A DNA stretch of 63,921 nucleotides, filler included, from Octopus bimaculoides (Eukaryota): the NCBI RefSeq assembly GCF_001194135.2. It is 5 parts of 5 records of this genome, joined end to end, with 100 filler letters (N's around TTAATTAATTAA, not from the genome) between each part and the next. Parts side by side here need not be neighbours in the genome. Positions count along the whole stretch, not along the records: positions 26,446 to 53,072 come from NC_068991.1; positions 53,173 to 56,474 come from NC_068986.1; positions 56,575 to 62,617 come from NC_069009.1; 2 more parts are not named here. One strand, written 5' to 3'. The notes beneath the pieces are model-generated. The model was not told the DNA's origin, did no database searches, and saw only the letters and a list, made by a program, of their open reading frames with translations. Positions within the stretch are counted from its first letter, which is position 1, and the number at the start of each line of letters is the position of its first letter. Below are positions 50,208-62,717 of the stretch, in pieces. Both the position numbers and the translations under genes were made by a program.

Positions 50208-50376
50208 CTTGTAGGTCAGGTCTAAACTTCGATCGGCAGACCTTCGGAATAGCATTCGCTACCTCATGAGGAAGGGAAATTACCAGAAATTGACAAGTTG
50301 TTCCCTTCAGTGATGGTATTTTTTGTTCAAAACATTTAATTTTTGCAGCCCAATTCCGCGCCCTTTTTGGGAACAT
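50208..50376 (-). other. Candidate upstream (first or 5' UTR) exon of the RhoGEF gene
   Basis: Strong donor AAG|GTGAAT at 50208/50207, locally CpG-containing non-repeat sequence and a short ATG ORF (MFPKRARNW...PDLQ). There is no homology support. Confidence 0.3.
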
Positions 50377-52759
50377 TTTTACTATATTACTACAACTAGT
50401 GAGACGAGTATAGTAATGAAAAAATACCCAGCATTTTAATTATCAAGAACGATACGTTTTATCGACGAGATTTTTGACTATTGGGCATTAACTGTGAAGG
50501 TCCATATTACTCAATTTATCGAAAGAGTACATAGATTTCGAAAATAAACAGTTTTAAAAAATGACTAAAAATAAGGAAGAAACAAAAAGAAATTAAATAA
50601 ATAAACAAAATAAAGAGCTCAAGCATTTTGCTGAGTATGTTTCCTAGCTCGTTTTTCCTACCTTGGGAAATCAACAGGATCATCCACTTGGTCCTGCACT
50701 GCATATTGATAATATAGCTATTTTCAATTTCCTATATGCTTGCTTGTTGCTACTTTGTTGACGCTTGTTTAGAGAAATAAGCAGACAAGCTGCGTAAAAA
50801 GAGCAAAGTTGATTGGAGAACTTAGTTATAGAGTTTTGAAGTAAATGATTTGGATACTCAAACTTTTATCTTGACTATGTCAGACTACAATGGATCTCAT
50901 CACCAAATTATTCCATCCATCATGGTCCCTCCCACTAAGAAGAGATTGTCTTATAATTCCAGTTTCTAAGCACACTTTCAAATACAACTCTCTTTTTAAG
51001 GTATGAAAGCTCAACCAATTAGCCAGAGATGTCATCAGCACTGGATTAACCATTAAGCAAAATGAGCACATGCTTAGGACTCAAGAGAAGGAGGGGGCAC
51101 CGCAGAAATGGTAAATGGTTTAATGCACAAAAGAAATCACTTTAAACTTGCTAAAATAATATTCGGGATGCTTTTATCTCTACTAAGTATAGATGCAGAT
51201 GTGTTACGTGAGATTAGTTTTGAGAATTTGATCAAAGACTGCAATTATAAAAAGTGTGAGAAAACTTTTCAAATCTAAATAAAGTGAAATTATACAAAAA
51301 TAAACATTATTTTCCTTCTTACTGTTAGTTTTGATTCATTTTGAGAAATGAAAATTTATACTATGTTCATTATTGTTTATATTTTGAATTCCATATATAT
51401 GGGCACACCAAAATCTTTTAAACGCATAGGGCCTTTCATCCGGCTCTGGATGTCATCAAGGCTTTTTGTATTCTTAGGAATTATTTACCTGTTCTTAATT
51501 TTGTTTGCATTCTGAGATCTTATCCCTAGTTCAGATTCTCATTTTGCTTCCATTTCTTTGATGAAGGTGTCTGGGTTTATGAAAATACTCCTCTTTAATT
51601 CTCCCTTGCTTCCTTTCTTCCATTCATGTTTTCTCCTTTTTGATGTGTAGCATTTTCTCCTTCCTACATGAACTAGTTACAACAGGAGGAAAATTAAGCT
51701 TATGTTGCATTTGATTCACTGTATCATTATAAGAATCTGTGACCATTCAGATATGTTGAAAACCCAAGCTGTCACATGTGTAGATGAATGTTGAACAGAC
51801 CATTCTTTCTTGAATAAACTCTTATATTTTTTAAATTTTGTCCTTTCCACATGTATTTCTGTCATTTGCATTCCATTGTCTGTCAAGCGGCTTGCTGCCT
51901 GTGCATAAGTTCTTTCTTCCATACCCGACATGGACAGGAAAACAATTTCCAACAATAAATATTAACAATAATTTAACAATTCTTTAAACAATTTCAGCAA
52001 AACACAAATCAAACAAACTCACCACGTTGAACGCTTTCTTTAAACCAAAATCATAACACAACTAAAAAAAAAACACAACTATTCAACTCGGCTGGAGTAG
52101 CAATGGCCTGCGAGTTTGAGATGCCTGTCAAGCTCTTGTAAACATATAATAATTCTACCAAAACACATTCACTGATTTCAAAAATAGAAATACTACATTT
52201 CTAAATCTCTCAGAGAGATTTATGCAGTAGTGATGCGATAAAGTAGTTGTATGCTGTCAACTTAATGTGACAGTCCCATGAAGGGAATAATACTACAGCT
52301 ATTTAGCCATAGGAAGCAGCACCGCTTCCTATCGGCCTTGACACACTTCCTGTGTCCATTTCCCTTTGATATGATTAAGTATTATAATTTTTTGGGGATA
52401 AGTTTTGAATTTTGAAAGTTGGCATTTTTTTATTGCCGGTGAGGAGCTGTGCCTGTGCAGTAGATCTGAAAAAATTAGGATGTATTAATGAGAGGCATGG
52501 AATTGATTGCCTCGTGTTTATATATTTTAGTCTTAGGTGTACTCGTTGAAAACGACTTCACCAAGCAAATTATTTTAATTGCTAAACAAAAGTCAAAAAC
52601 CAATTGGTCCAGGAAAAGAGATGGTAAAAGTTTTTATTTTTCATTTCATTCCTTTCCGGATTTTATCCCTAATTTTGTGGTTCTAGAACCTAGCAGTTCT
52701 TTCTAGCTTAAGGGATTCTATGAGTGGATTCCTCTTATGTGGCAGTGTTGGCTACAGCC

Positions 52760-53072
52760 TAGTCACCCGTATTACGAACCAGGTGATACACGAAGGAGTC
52801 ATACCCAATGACTGGTGTAGCAGCACCATAGTCAACTGCTACAAAGGTAAAGGTGATGCTTTAGATACAAATAATTACAGAGGCATCAAGCTGTTAGATC
52901 AGGTTATGAAAGTTACAGAGAGGGTCATAGCCCAACTAATTAGGGAGCGAATCAATTTAGATGAGATGCAGTTTGGGTTCGTGCCAGGTAAAAGCATCAC
53001 TGATGCCATATTTCTAGTGAGACAGCTGCAGGAGAAATACCTAGCCAAGGATAAACCTCTGTACCTGGCCTT
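52760..53072 (+). mobile_element. RTE LINE reverse transcriptase N-terminal fragment, cut by the scaffold linker
   Basis: IPNDWCSSTIVNCYKGKGDA...NYRGIKLL...KVTERV...QFGFVPGKSITDAIFLVRQLQEKY. Confidence 0.9.
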
Positions 53073-53172
53073 NNNNNNNNNNNNNNNNNNNNNNNNNNNN
53101 NNNNNNNNNNNNNNNNTTAATTAATTAANNNNNNNNNNNNNNNNNNNNNNNNNNNNNNNNNNNNNNNNNNNN
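53073..53172. other. Artificial scaffold linker
   Basis: Identical design; TTAATTAATTAA at 53117-53128. Confidence 0.95.
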
Positions 53173-53207
<35 letters not shown>

Positions 53208-56200
53208 TTTATTATTATATGGTTGTGCCAAGGTTGATTTTGCCTTTCATCTTTACGTGGGTCGATAAAATAAGTACTAGTTGAGCACTGGTGTCGATGT
53301 AACCGACTTAACCCTTCTCCCCCCCCCCAAAAAAAAACTCGCTGGCCTTGTGCCAAAATTTGAACCCAATTATGTGTGTGCGCGCGCGAACGTATGCGGA
53401 GGTGTCATTTACACAGTATTTTCGTCTATGAGAGATGTGAGAAGTAACAGAGTGCCGGATGAGATGCGTTGCAGAGTTTACTATATAAACCTGCTGTTTC
53501 TAATCTCAAGTCATACTGAATGAGATAGACTTCGTCTTTCATCTCACCATGGTGGAGAGGCTCACTAAAATAAATACCAGTAATATACTTTCGTTAATTC
53601 AGTCAAGTATATCCTTTCCTGTTACAATAACGAACCAATGAAATCTGTATTTATTCAGCCTAAACAGGATTTCGACCAGGCAAACTACAAAGATCTTTCG
53701 CATTAAATCTGGTATGCTAGAATTTTGTTAAACTGTGTTGTTCGGTTATCTTTCGCGCTGAGTCCGTCCTGCCTTTGTCGGGCGTGTTATCTTAAGGATT
53801 AGAACTTGACACATTTGATCCCAGCACTTAAAAGTCTCGGGATTTGTTTGAGGGAAGATTTGGCTGATGAATTAGAAGGTCAAGCGAATCATGCAGAACT
53901 TGTGTTCTTTATTAGAATTATTGAAGCTAGGGAGCGCTCGTGAATGCGAGATTATTATTTCTCATTGGGGAGTAGTGGAAGATATATAATGTTATTAGAA
54001 TGCTTATACGTATGCACGTATGTATATTTGTTGGGAAGGCGTTAGATCTATACGCGTATTTGATGGTTGAATATGTCTATATGTGAAAGGTTTGTGTGCA
54101 AACCTTTAATGTATATGTGTGTACAATATATGTACGAGGGGGTGCTGATAAATTCCATTTTGTTGCACAATGCGTCTCCATCTTTCCTTTAACTTGAAAA
54201 TATCCTCTTCCCTCCCAGAATTGAAGTGGTTTCATGGCAAATAAGTCGAAAGGTAAGCTACTATAAATCGACACGAACTCTCCGGACAACCCAATATATA
54301 TATATATATATATATANNNNNNNNNNNNNNNNNNNNNNNNNNNNNNNNNNNNNNNNNNNNNNNNNNNNNNNNNNNNNNNNNNNNNNNNNNNNNNNNNNNN
54401 NNNNNNNNNNNNNNNNNNNNNNNNNNNNNNNNNNNNNNNNNNNNNNNNNNNNNNNNNNNNNNNNNNNNNNNNNNNNNNNNNNNNNNNNNNNNNNNNNNNN
54501 NNNNNNNNNNNNNNNNNNNNNNNNNNNNNNNNNNNNNNNNNNNNNNNNNNNNNNNNNNNNNNNNNNNNNNNNNNNNNNNNNNNNNNNNNNNNNTATATAT
54601 ATATATATATATATATGCATATATATTTATATATATATGTGTGTGTTAAAATTTGGCGTGCCATCAAATTTGAAATAGCATGCTGATAAAGTCTCTAGAA
54701 ATGTGGGAAAAGTGCAGTTTAAGCATTAAAAGTAAAATAGTAATTAAATATGTTACATACAAATGAATTTGCAAAAATTAATCATTCATTATTTTTCTTA
54801 TATTTGGTGCGCCCTCAACAGGTTCTTTCGTACTTGCAATTCGACCATGCTACTGTAAATGTTCTCAGCCTTGATCTGAAATGTTGATCATAACACAGAG
54901 TTGAGAAACTCTAAGACAAGTTCGAACTTACAGCCGGTGGGGTTTGTAACTGTATCAACAACATCCATTTCATCTGGTTATATAGTAAACTTAGTGTGCA
55001 TGCAGGATAGGGTCCAAGCCGGTCAGTCAATGCGTAGGTTAGCTCTATTACCATAGCAACAGTCCTTCGTTATGCATCAGACCTCGTAATGCATCTGTGG
55101 GTCACACCTAAGATGACGAATTGTCAGTCATTAGAATGTTGGATAGAATGCTTCGTGGTATTTGTTCCGACGCTCTGCGCTATGAGTTCAAATCATACTG
55201 AGGTCAACTTTGTTTTTCATCCTCTCATTATCATCATCGACCTCTGCATTTATTGTCTCGAGTCCTAGGACTCAAAGTGATAGTTATTTGTTTTCCATGA
55301 CATATAAGTGACCGAGATCAAAACATTAAACCCTTCCCTCCCCTCCCCTCCCCCAAACAAAACGGAACGCTGGTCTATTGCAGGGTTGCCCATTGACAGC
55401 TAAATGGAATTGAGCACCCTTTAGGGGTCAATCGAAAAAGAAGTATCAATCCAAAAAGGTGAATTGACGGAACTCTTAGAGCGTCAGATGAAATTCCTTG
55501 TCATATATGTTCGGGCTCTTTGCTGGCAGCAAAGTCTGCGACGATACTGGTGCCAAGCTGTATCGGGCCAAGTCATCGGTTAGCCTTTCCCTTGGATGAA
55601 CATCTGTGGCATAAAGAGAGGGGCGTTGCATGCATGAGTAACTGCTGGTCTTTCTCAAAATATTTTGCCCAAGTCCACATTTAACTACGAGTTTTAGGCC
55701 TATTGTTTTAGCCTATTGCACTAAAAGATTTATGAGAATAAGCTGACTTCTTGATCTTTCCCTAGGCATTCATCGGTCAAAGCTGATTGGAAAGGAGAAA
55801 TCTTTTCTTTCCGCTTGACCAAATTTAGTTACGAAGAATATAAATACGTGAATCCAAAAAGCTTTCTTTCTCTTTGGGTCGACTGGTCTCTGGTCCAAGA
55901 GCAATTTTTCAGCATGCTGATCAATGCACGAAAGTAGATTTATCACCCTAGACATTATAACTCTATCTCTCTTTAGTAATAGCTCACAGATGAAACTAGC
56001 TACCATACACAATGGACACGGAACTAAAAATAATTTGTTTACTACAACAACAAACAAGCTATATGCACAAGCTACCTTCGATAGCTTATGTATGCAGCCT
56101 CTGCGGAATTTAAATTCACAACGTAAAGACGGACGAAATAGTGCTCATATTTTGTCCAGCTTAATAACGATTCTACTAGTTCGTCGCCTTTAACATATAT

Positions 56201-56221
56201 TTAACCACACGTGCGTGCACG

Positions 56222-56275
<54 letters not shown>

Positions 56276-56474
56276 ATAGATGTTAATATGTATGAATTTA
56301 TATTGGAATTTCTTTTCTTTTCTAAACTAAGTTTATAATGGTAAGTATGTGTTTACATTTTTTGAACAATTTCTTTGTACAGATTTACATAACATATACA
56401 AAACCAGCAGAAATGTCAATAAAAGTCGTAAATAAGCCAATGTAGGAGGAGAACTAAACCAAAGTCCTCTTTGT

Positions 56475-56574
56475 NNNNNNNNNNNNNNNNNNNNNNNNNN
56501 NNNNNNNNNNNNNNNNNNTTAATTAATTAANNNNNNNNNNNNNNNNNNNNNNNNNNNNNNNNNNNNNNNNNNNN
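56475..56574. other. Artificial scaffold linker
   Basis: Identical design; TTAATTAATTAA at 56519-56530. Confidence 0.95.
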
Positions 56575-56619
<45 letters not shown>

Positions 56620-57060
56620 AGTGTGTGTGTGTAGAAGTGTATATAGATACGTATATTTATACGTATGTATAAGTTTCTATATGTAAGTATCGATTGGTGA
56701 ATGACTATATGGATATATAAATGTTTGTATTTTTTAATGTATGTACGTATGGGTGGATGTTTGTACGTAGCTATGTATGTATGAATGTCTGTATATCTCT
56801 CTGTATGTTTTTATGCATGTATGTATATATGTATGTATGCATGCACGTGTGTAAGAAAACATGTACACATGTATGCGTGTTCGCATGTAATTATAAATGT
56901 TTGAATGTACGTCACTACATATGTATGCATGTATTTATGTATGCGTGTATGAACGCATGTATATACGCATTTATGTAATCACGTATGTATGTATATGTCC
57001 ATGTATGTACATATATATATGCATGTAAGTGCTTATATATCTTTTCTCTTGTTTCATAAT

Positions 57061-58127
57061 ATGGATTTCAAATACCTAGGACGTCATAATACGAATCCCA
57101 AATACCAAGGACGTCATACGATGGATCTCAGATACTAAGGACGTCATACGACGGATCTCAGATACCAAGGACGTCATACGATGGATCTCAGATACTAAGG
57201 ACGTCNNNNNNNNNNATACGATGGATCTCAGATACTAAGGACGTCATACGACGGATCTCAGATACCAAGGACGTCATACGATGGATCTCAGATACTAAGG
57301 ACGTCATACGACGGATCTGAAATACCAAGGACGTCATACGATGGATCTCAAATACCAAGGACGTCATACGATGGATCTCAAATACCTAGGACGTCATACG
57401 ACGGATCTCAAATACCAAGGATGTCATACGATGGATCTCAGATACTAAGGACGTCATACGATGGATCTCAAATATCAAGGACGTCATACGATGGATCTCA
57501 GATACTAAGGACGTCATACGATGGATCTCAAATACCAAGGACGTCATACGATGGATCTCAGATACCCAGGACGTCATACGATGGATCTCAAATACCAAGG
57601 ACGTCATACGATGGATCTCAGATACTAAGGACATCATACGACGGATCTCAAATACCAAGGATGTCATACGATGGATCTCAGATACTAAGGACGTCATACG
57701 ACGGATCTCAGATACCAAGGACGTCATACGATGGATCTGNNNNNNNNNNNNNNNNNNNNNNNNNNNNNNNNNNNNNNNNNNNNNNNNNNNNNNNNNNNNN
57801 NNNNNNNNNNNNNNNNNNNNNNNNNNNNNNNNNNNNNNNNNNNNNNNNNNNNNNNNNNNNNNNNNNNNNNNNNNNNNNNNNNNNNNNNNNGTCATACGAC
57901 GGATCTCAAATACCAAGGATGTCATACGATGGATCTCAGATACTAAGGACGTCATACGACGGATCTCAGATACCAAGGACGTCATACGATGGATCTGAAA
58001 TACCAAGGACATCATACGATGGATCTGAAATACCAAGGACGTCATACGACGGATCTCAAATACGAAGGACGTCATACGACGGATCTCAGATACCAAGGAC
58101 GTCATACGCCGGATCTCAAATATAAAG
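57061..58127. repeat. 30-bp minisatellite (GGACGTCATACGAYGGATCTCARATACYAA), about 35 units including two gaps
   Basis: Direct head-to-tail units with few variable positions and no unique spacers. Confidence 0.95.
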
Positions 58128-59281
58128 GAAAAGGGCACTACTTCAGCCAATTTGATACTATTTCTTACTATACAAGTATTTCACCCATACTGATTTATAA
58201 AGCCCTAATTTCTGGTAAAAAGAACTCTTACTAAAAATCATGTATATATTTTATCATTTATCTTCTATTTCTTTCAGTCATGATTTTGCTGCCATGCTGG
58301 AGCACCGAATGTATAGATCCCAGTGCTTATTTTCAGCTTTTTAAGCCTGGTGTTTATTCGCTCGGTTCCTTTTGCCGAACTGCTAATTTACGGGAATGTA
58401 AACACACCAACACCGATTGTCAAGCGGTGCTTGGGGACAAATGCAGACACAAAGACACTCATATCTATCCATACATGCATACTCACACACACACACACAC
58501 ANNNNNNNNNNNNNNNNNNNNNNNNNNNNNNNNNNNNNNNNNNNNNNNNNNNNNNNNNNNNNNNNNNNNNNNNNNNNNNNNNNNNNNNNNNNNNNNNNNN
58601 NNNNNNNNNNNNNNNNNNNNNNNNNNNNNNNNNNNNNNNNNNNNNNNNNNNNNNNNNNNNNNNNNNNNNNNNNNNNNNNNNNNNNNNNNNNNNNNNNNNN
58701 NNNNNNNNNNNNNNNNNNNNNNNNNNNNNNNNNNNNNNNNNNNNNNNNNNNNNNNNNNNNNNNNNNNNNNNNNNNNNNNNNNNNNNNNNNNNNNNNNNNN
58801 NNNNNNNNNNNNNNNNNNNNNNNNNNNNNNNNNNNNNNNNNNNNNNNNNNNNNNNNNNNNNNNNNNNNNNNNNNNNNNNNNNNNNNNNNNNNNNNNNNNN
58901 NNNNNNNNNNNNNNNNNNNNNNNNNNNNNNNNNNNNNNNNNNNNNNNNNNNNNNNNNNNNNNNNNNNNNNNNNNNNNNNNNNNNNNNNNNNNNNNNNNNN
59001 NNNNNNNNNNNNNNNNNNNNNNNNNNNNNNNNNNNNNNNNNNNNNNNNNNNNNNNNNNNNNNNNNNNNNNNNNNNNNNNNNNNNNNNNNNNNNNNNNNNN
59101 NNNNNNNNNNNNNNNNNNNNNNNNNNNNNNNNNNNNNNNNNNNNNNNNNNNNNNNNNNNNNNNNNNNNNNNNNNNNNNNNNNNNNNNNNNNNNNNNNNNN
59201 NNNNNNNNNNNNNNNNNNNNNNNNNNNNNNNNNNNNNNNNNNNNNNNNNNNNNNNNNNNNNNNNNNNNNNNNNNNNNNNNN

Positions 59282-59318
<37 letters not shown>

Positions 59319-59799
59319 TTATGTTTCAACGTCTAATTATATATGAAGCCAATTTAATATTGAACTCTAGGCGTAAAATTTGATTACTCAGTACAAGTTT
59401 TTCAGTGGCAGAAAATACCATTATTTATATAATTACACGATTAAATTGTATAATCAATTAATTCGAAAGTGTTATATTTTCTGCCCTTTGATCGAGACAT
59501 GTTGCTTTCATCGATCATTTTTGTCGATTCAGTTTGAACAAACAAGTTTGTTCCGCCATGTTTGACTGGATTGTAATACCGTATTGGAGTTTAACGATGA
59601 TGTATTAATTGAGCTGCTAATTACATAGATATATTACTTGATGGTTATGCATCAATATAATTAGCCTGCTGGTGGCTGTTTATTTTATTGGATGTTTGCT
59701 ATATAGAGTGTGTCTTTAGTTTGTGTATTGTTTTGCTTAGGTTGTATTATTGAATTGATACTGTCACGTGTAGGATGTGGCCTGCTTTTAGCAGGACTA

Positions 59800-60340
59800 T
59801 TTAGAAAGTATGTAGCACCATACAAACCATCAAGCAAAAGGTATGTGTTAAAGCTGCCCGCATAGCAAGGTATGAACAGCGCGTTAGATTCTTCAAGGAC
59901 AACACCATGTTTAAAAATAACCCCAAAAATGTTTGTAGGAAGATAAGGAAAACATCAATTACAGTAAAGTTTACCCCATCAAAAGAAGAAGTGCAGGGAT
60001 TTTGGAATAAAATTTGGGCAGAAGTAAAAACACACAATGTAAAGGCCCCTTGGATTAATACAATATCTACAGACTTAGACTCCTTAGAAGAGCAAAAGTG
60101 GGAGGGTGTCAAGGTAGAAGATATAAGATCTGCTCTCAGGAGGTCAAGCAAATGGAAGTCTCCAGGAAAGGATAAAATTCCTAACTTTTGGTTGAATGCC
60201 TTCCCAGAGAGCCATGAACTGCTAACAGAACTTTACAACGTTGTTTTGCAACATCCTAGTTTGATGCCCTCTTGGCTAGTTGATGGTTTAACATTCCTGC
60301 TTCCAAAAAAAGAAGAAATAAATGAACCAAAAAATTCTAA
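59800..60340 (+). mobile_element. R4/Dong-clade non-LTR retrotransposon fragment (pre-RT and RT N-terminus)
   Basis: FWNKIW...HNVKAPWI...WKSPGKDKIPNFWLNAF...H...P-x-x-MPSWLVDGLTFLLPKK...PKN; the fragment breaks off before YRPITCL. Confidence 0.75.
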
Positions 60341-61581
60341 GTGGACTCCACCTGCAAGGTCATGCGCTGTTTATCTTGATAATAGATCACCAAGTCGTGC
60401 ACATATATGGTTGTGATGTATGTGCCTGGTGTACCCTTATCAGATGGGTAGTCATGATGGGTATATCGAGCCTCGTATATTTGGACCCCAGTGTCACTTT
60501 GATGGCATGCACTGTTCTCTCACTCAATAATAATAATTATAATAATAATAATAATAATTTCTACTGAGGAAAGAGGAGGTTATACCTGTTGTGATAGGCA
60601 ATTTCAGAAGTGGCCTGGCAGGATGCCGTGCTGTAGGTCTGAACCTGAAACGTTGTAGCTGGGAAGTAAATGTCTTACTGCACAACCACGCCTGCGCCTC
60701 TATTTTCCGATAAACTCTGCTGAGTTATCCTTATCTTTTGTTTGCTTTTCTGAATTACTTAAATTGTAAAGGTGTCTTATGGACACCCTGTGTGTAAAGA
60801 TAGGTAAACACAGATCTGTTTTTCTACCACTATATCAAGCCGACAAGGACGGTTTCGAGAGCCAACTTTCCCTGCAAGGCGCATTCAGTCTCATCCTATC
60901 GAACCATCGTTCGGCACGATGATCTAATAGCTTGGATATTCTAGAAACAACTGTTAGAGACTGCATACCTTTTTATTATATGTCTAAATTAATTATTTGT
61001 GTCAAACGGTTTGCCTTTTCATTTCTGTTTTAATATATGTCTACCTGCTCAAGGAGAAGCTACCCCTAGCCGCTTCAGAAAGGGAGTCTCAGCATCACAT
61101 GGTCAACAGCAGTTCAAAGCGGAGTTTTAATGGCATAACAAATTGAGCGCTCAGAGTGCATAGCTGTCAGTTTGAGTATCCTGACGAAAACTTATCGTAT
61201 AGTCTATATATATATTCCCTCAATACACACAAGAGAGAAAAAAGCCAGGTCAGTTCCTCCTCATTTTTGCGATTATCAAAGAATATGTATATGTATTTTT
61301 CCATATATGTATTCTCATACTTACACTGTTTTAAACATTTTCATCTTATTATCAGAGAATGTGTGATAATCAGTATGTAACACTACAAAGTTCATACAAA
61401 GCTTTATACTTTAAATATATTCCTCTTATTATCATCAAAGAATGTATATATGCATTTTAATATTCAAACTGTTTTTTAACATTTTTTATTATTCTCAAAG
61501 ACTTTTGATAATCTTTTTCTAAAAAAGTGAAACCGGTTAAGTAAATAAATATCTTTAAAATAAGTGCATTTTCAAACCTTC

Positions 61582-61619
<38 letters not shown>

Positions 61620-61849
61620 GTATATGTGTGTATATCAGTTTATCTGTCTATTTCTCTCTCTATCTGTCTATATGTATGTATGTCATTATTCAGTTTATTT
61701 CAAGATTTCTTGCCAATGGAGAAAGAACCGGTTTCTAACCTAGATCCAAGACTCCTTCATTCGAATTTCAACAACATCAACAACAGGGTATTTTTGTTTG
61801 TATGTGTGTTTGTATGTGTGTATGTATGTATGTATGTATGTATGTATGT

Positions 61850-62100
61850 GTGGAGGCGCACGGCTTAGTGGTTAGGGTGCTGCACTAATGATCACAGAAC
61901 TGCAGTTTCAATTCCTGGGTCCGGCAACTCATTGTGTTCTTGAGCAAGGCACTTCATTTCACATTGCTCAAGTCCATTCAGCTGCCATAAATAAGTAATC
62001 CTGTGGTGAGATAGCGTCCCATCCACTGGGTTGGAGCCCTATATATGTCCCAGAATCCGAGAAACCGGTCTAAGGGGCGTTTGGCTTGGGACGTCCTTTG
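61850..62100 (+). mobile_element. Fourth tRNA-derived SINE family (degenerate)
   Basis: Head TGGAGGCGCACGGCTTAGTGGTTAGG, CTTGAGCAAGGCACTT core and GCGTCCCATCCA. Minus-strand relatives lie at ~10060-10270 and ~17270-17505. Confidence 0.68.
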
Positions 62101-62574
62101 ACCGTTTTATGATGAATGCATCAATATAAGCGCACTCTGTCATATCCAGTGGATGTCTAAGCTTCTGGTTATCACCTAAGGCAGGCAAGGTTTATGAATC
62201 TATGGTAGAAATACTCGCTCAAGGTGTCGCACACAGGATTCGAACAACAGATTCTGAAAGAAACGTGACTGTCACTATTAACGACCCACCTATGACTTGC
62301 CTTTGTTCAACAATGAACATGACTGGAGCTACGATGATGATGATGATGATGATGATGACGATGTTGACGATGATGTTGACGATGATGATGATGGTGGCGG
62401 TGGTGGTGGTGGTAGGGATTGATTGACAATCGATTGTGCTGGTGTTGTTGTTGTTGATGCTGATGGCGACAACGCGATGGCGTTTATAATTTCATATATA
62501 GCCACGAGGTGTATATAGAAGAGTGCAAAGAGTGCATATCTGTATGCGCGCACACACACACACACGCACGCACG

Positions 62575-62617
<43 letters not shown>

Positions 62618-62717
62618 NNNNNNNNNNNNNNNNNNNNNNNNNNNNNNNNNNNNNNNNNNNNTTAATTAATTAANNNNNNNNNNNNNNNNNNNNNNNNNNN
62701 NNNNNNNNNNNNNNNNN
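62618..62717. other. Artificial scaffold linker
   Basis: Identical design; TTAATTAATTAA at 62662-62673. Confidence 0.95.

Noticed and set aside
57061-58127. 30-bp array as a CRISPR locus
   Set aside because: The units are contiguous with no unique spacers, there are no cas genes, and the context is eukaryotic.
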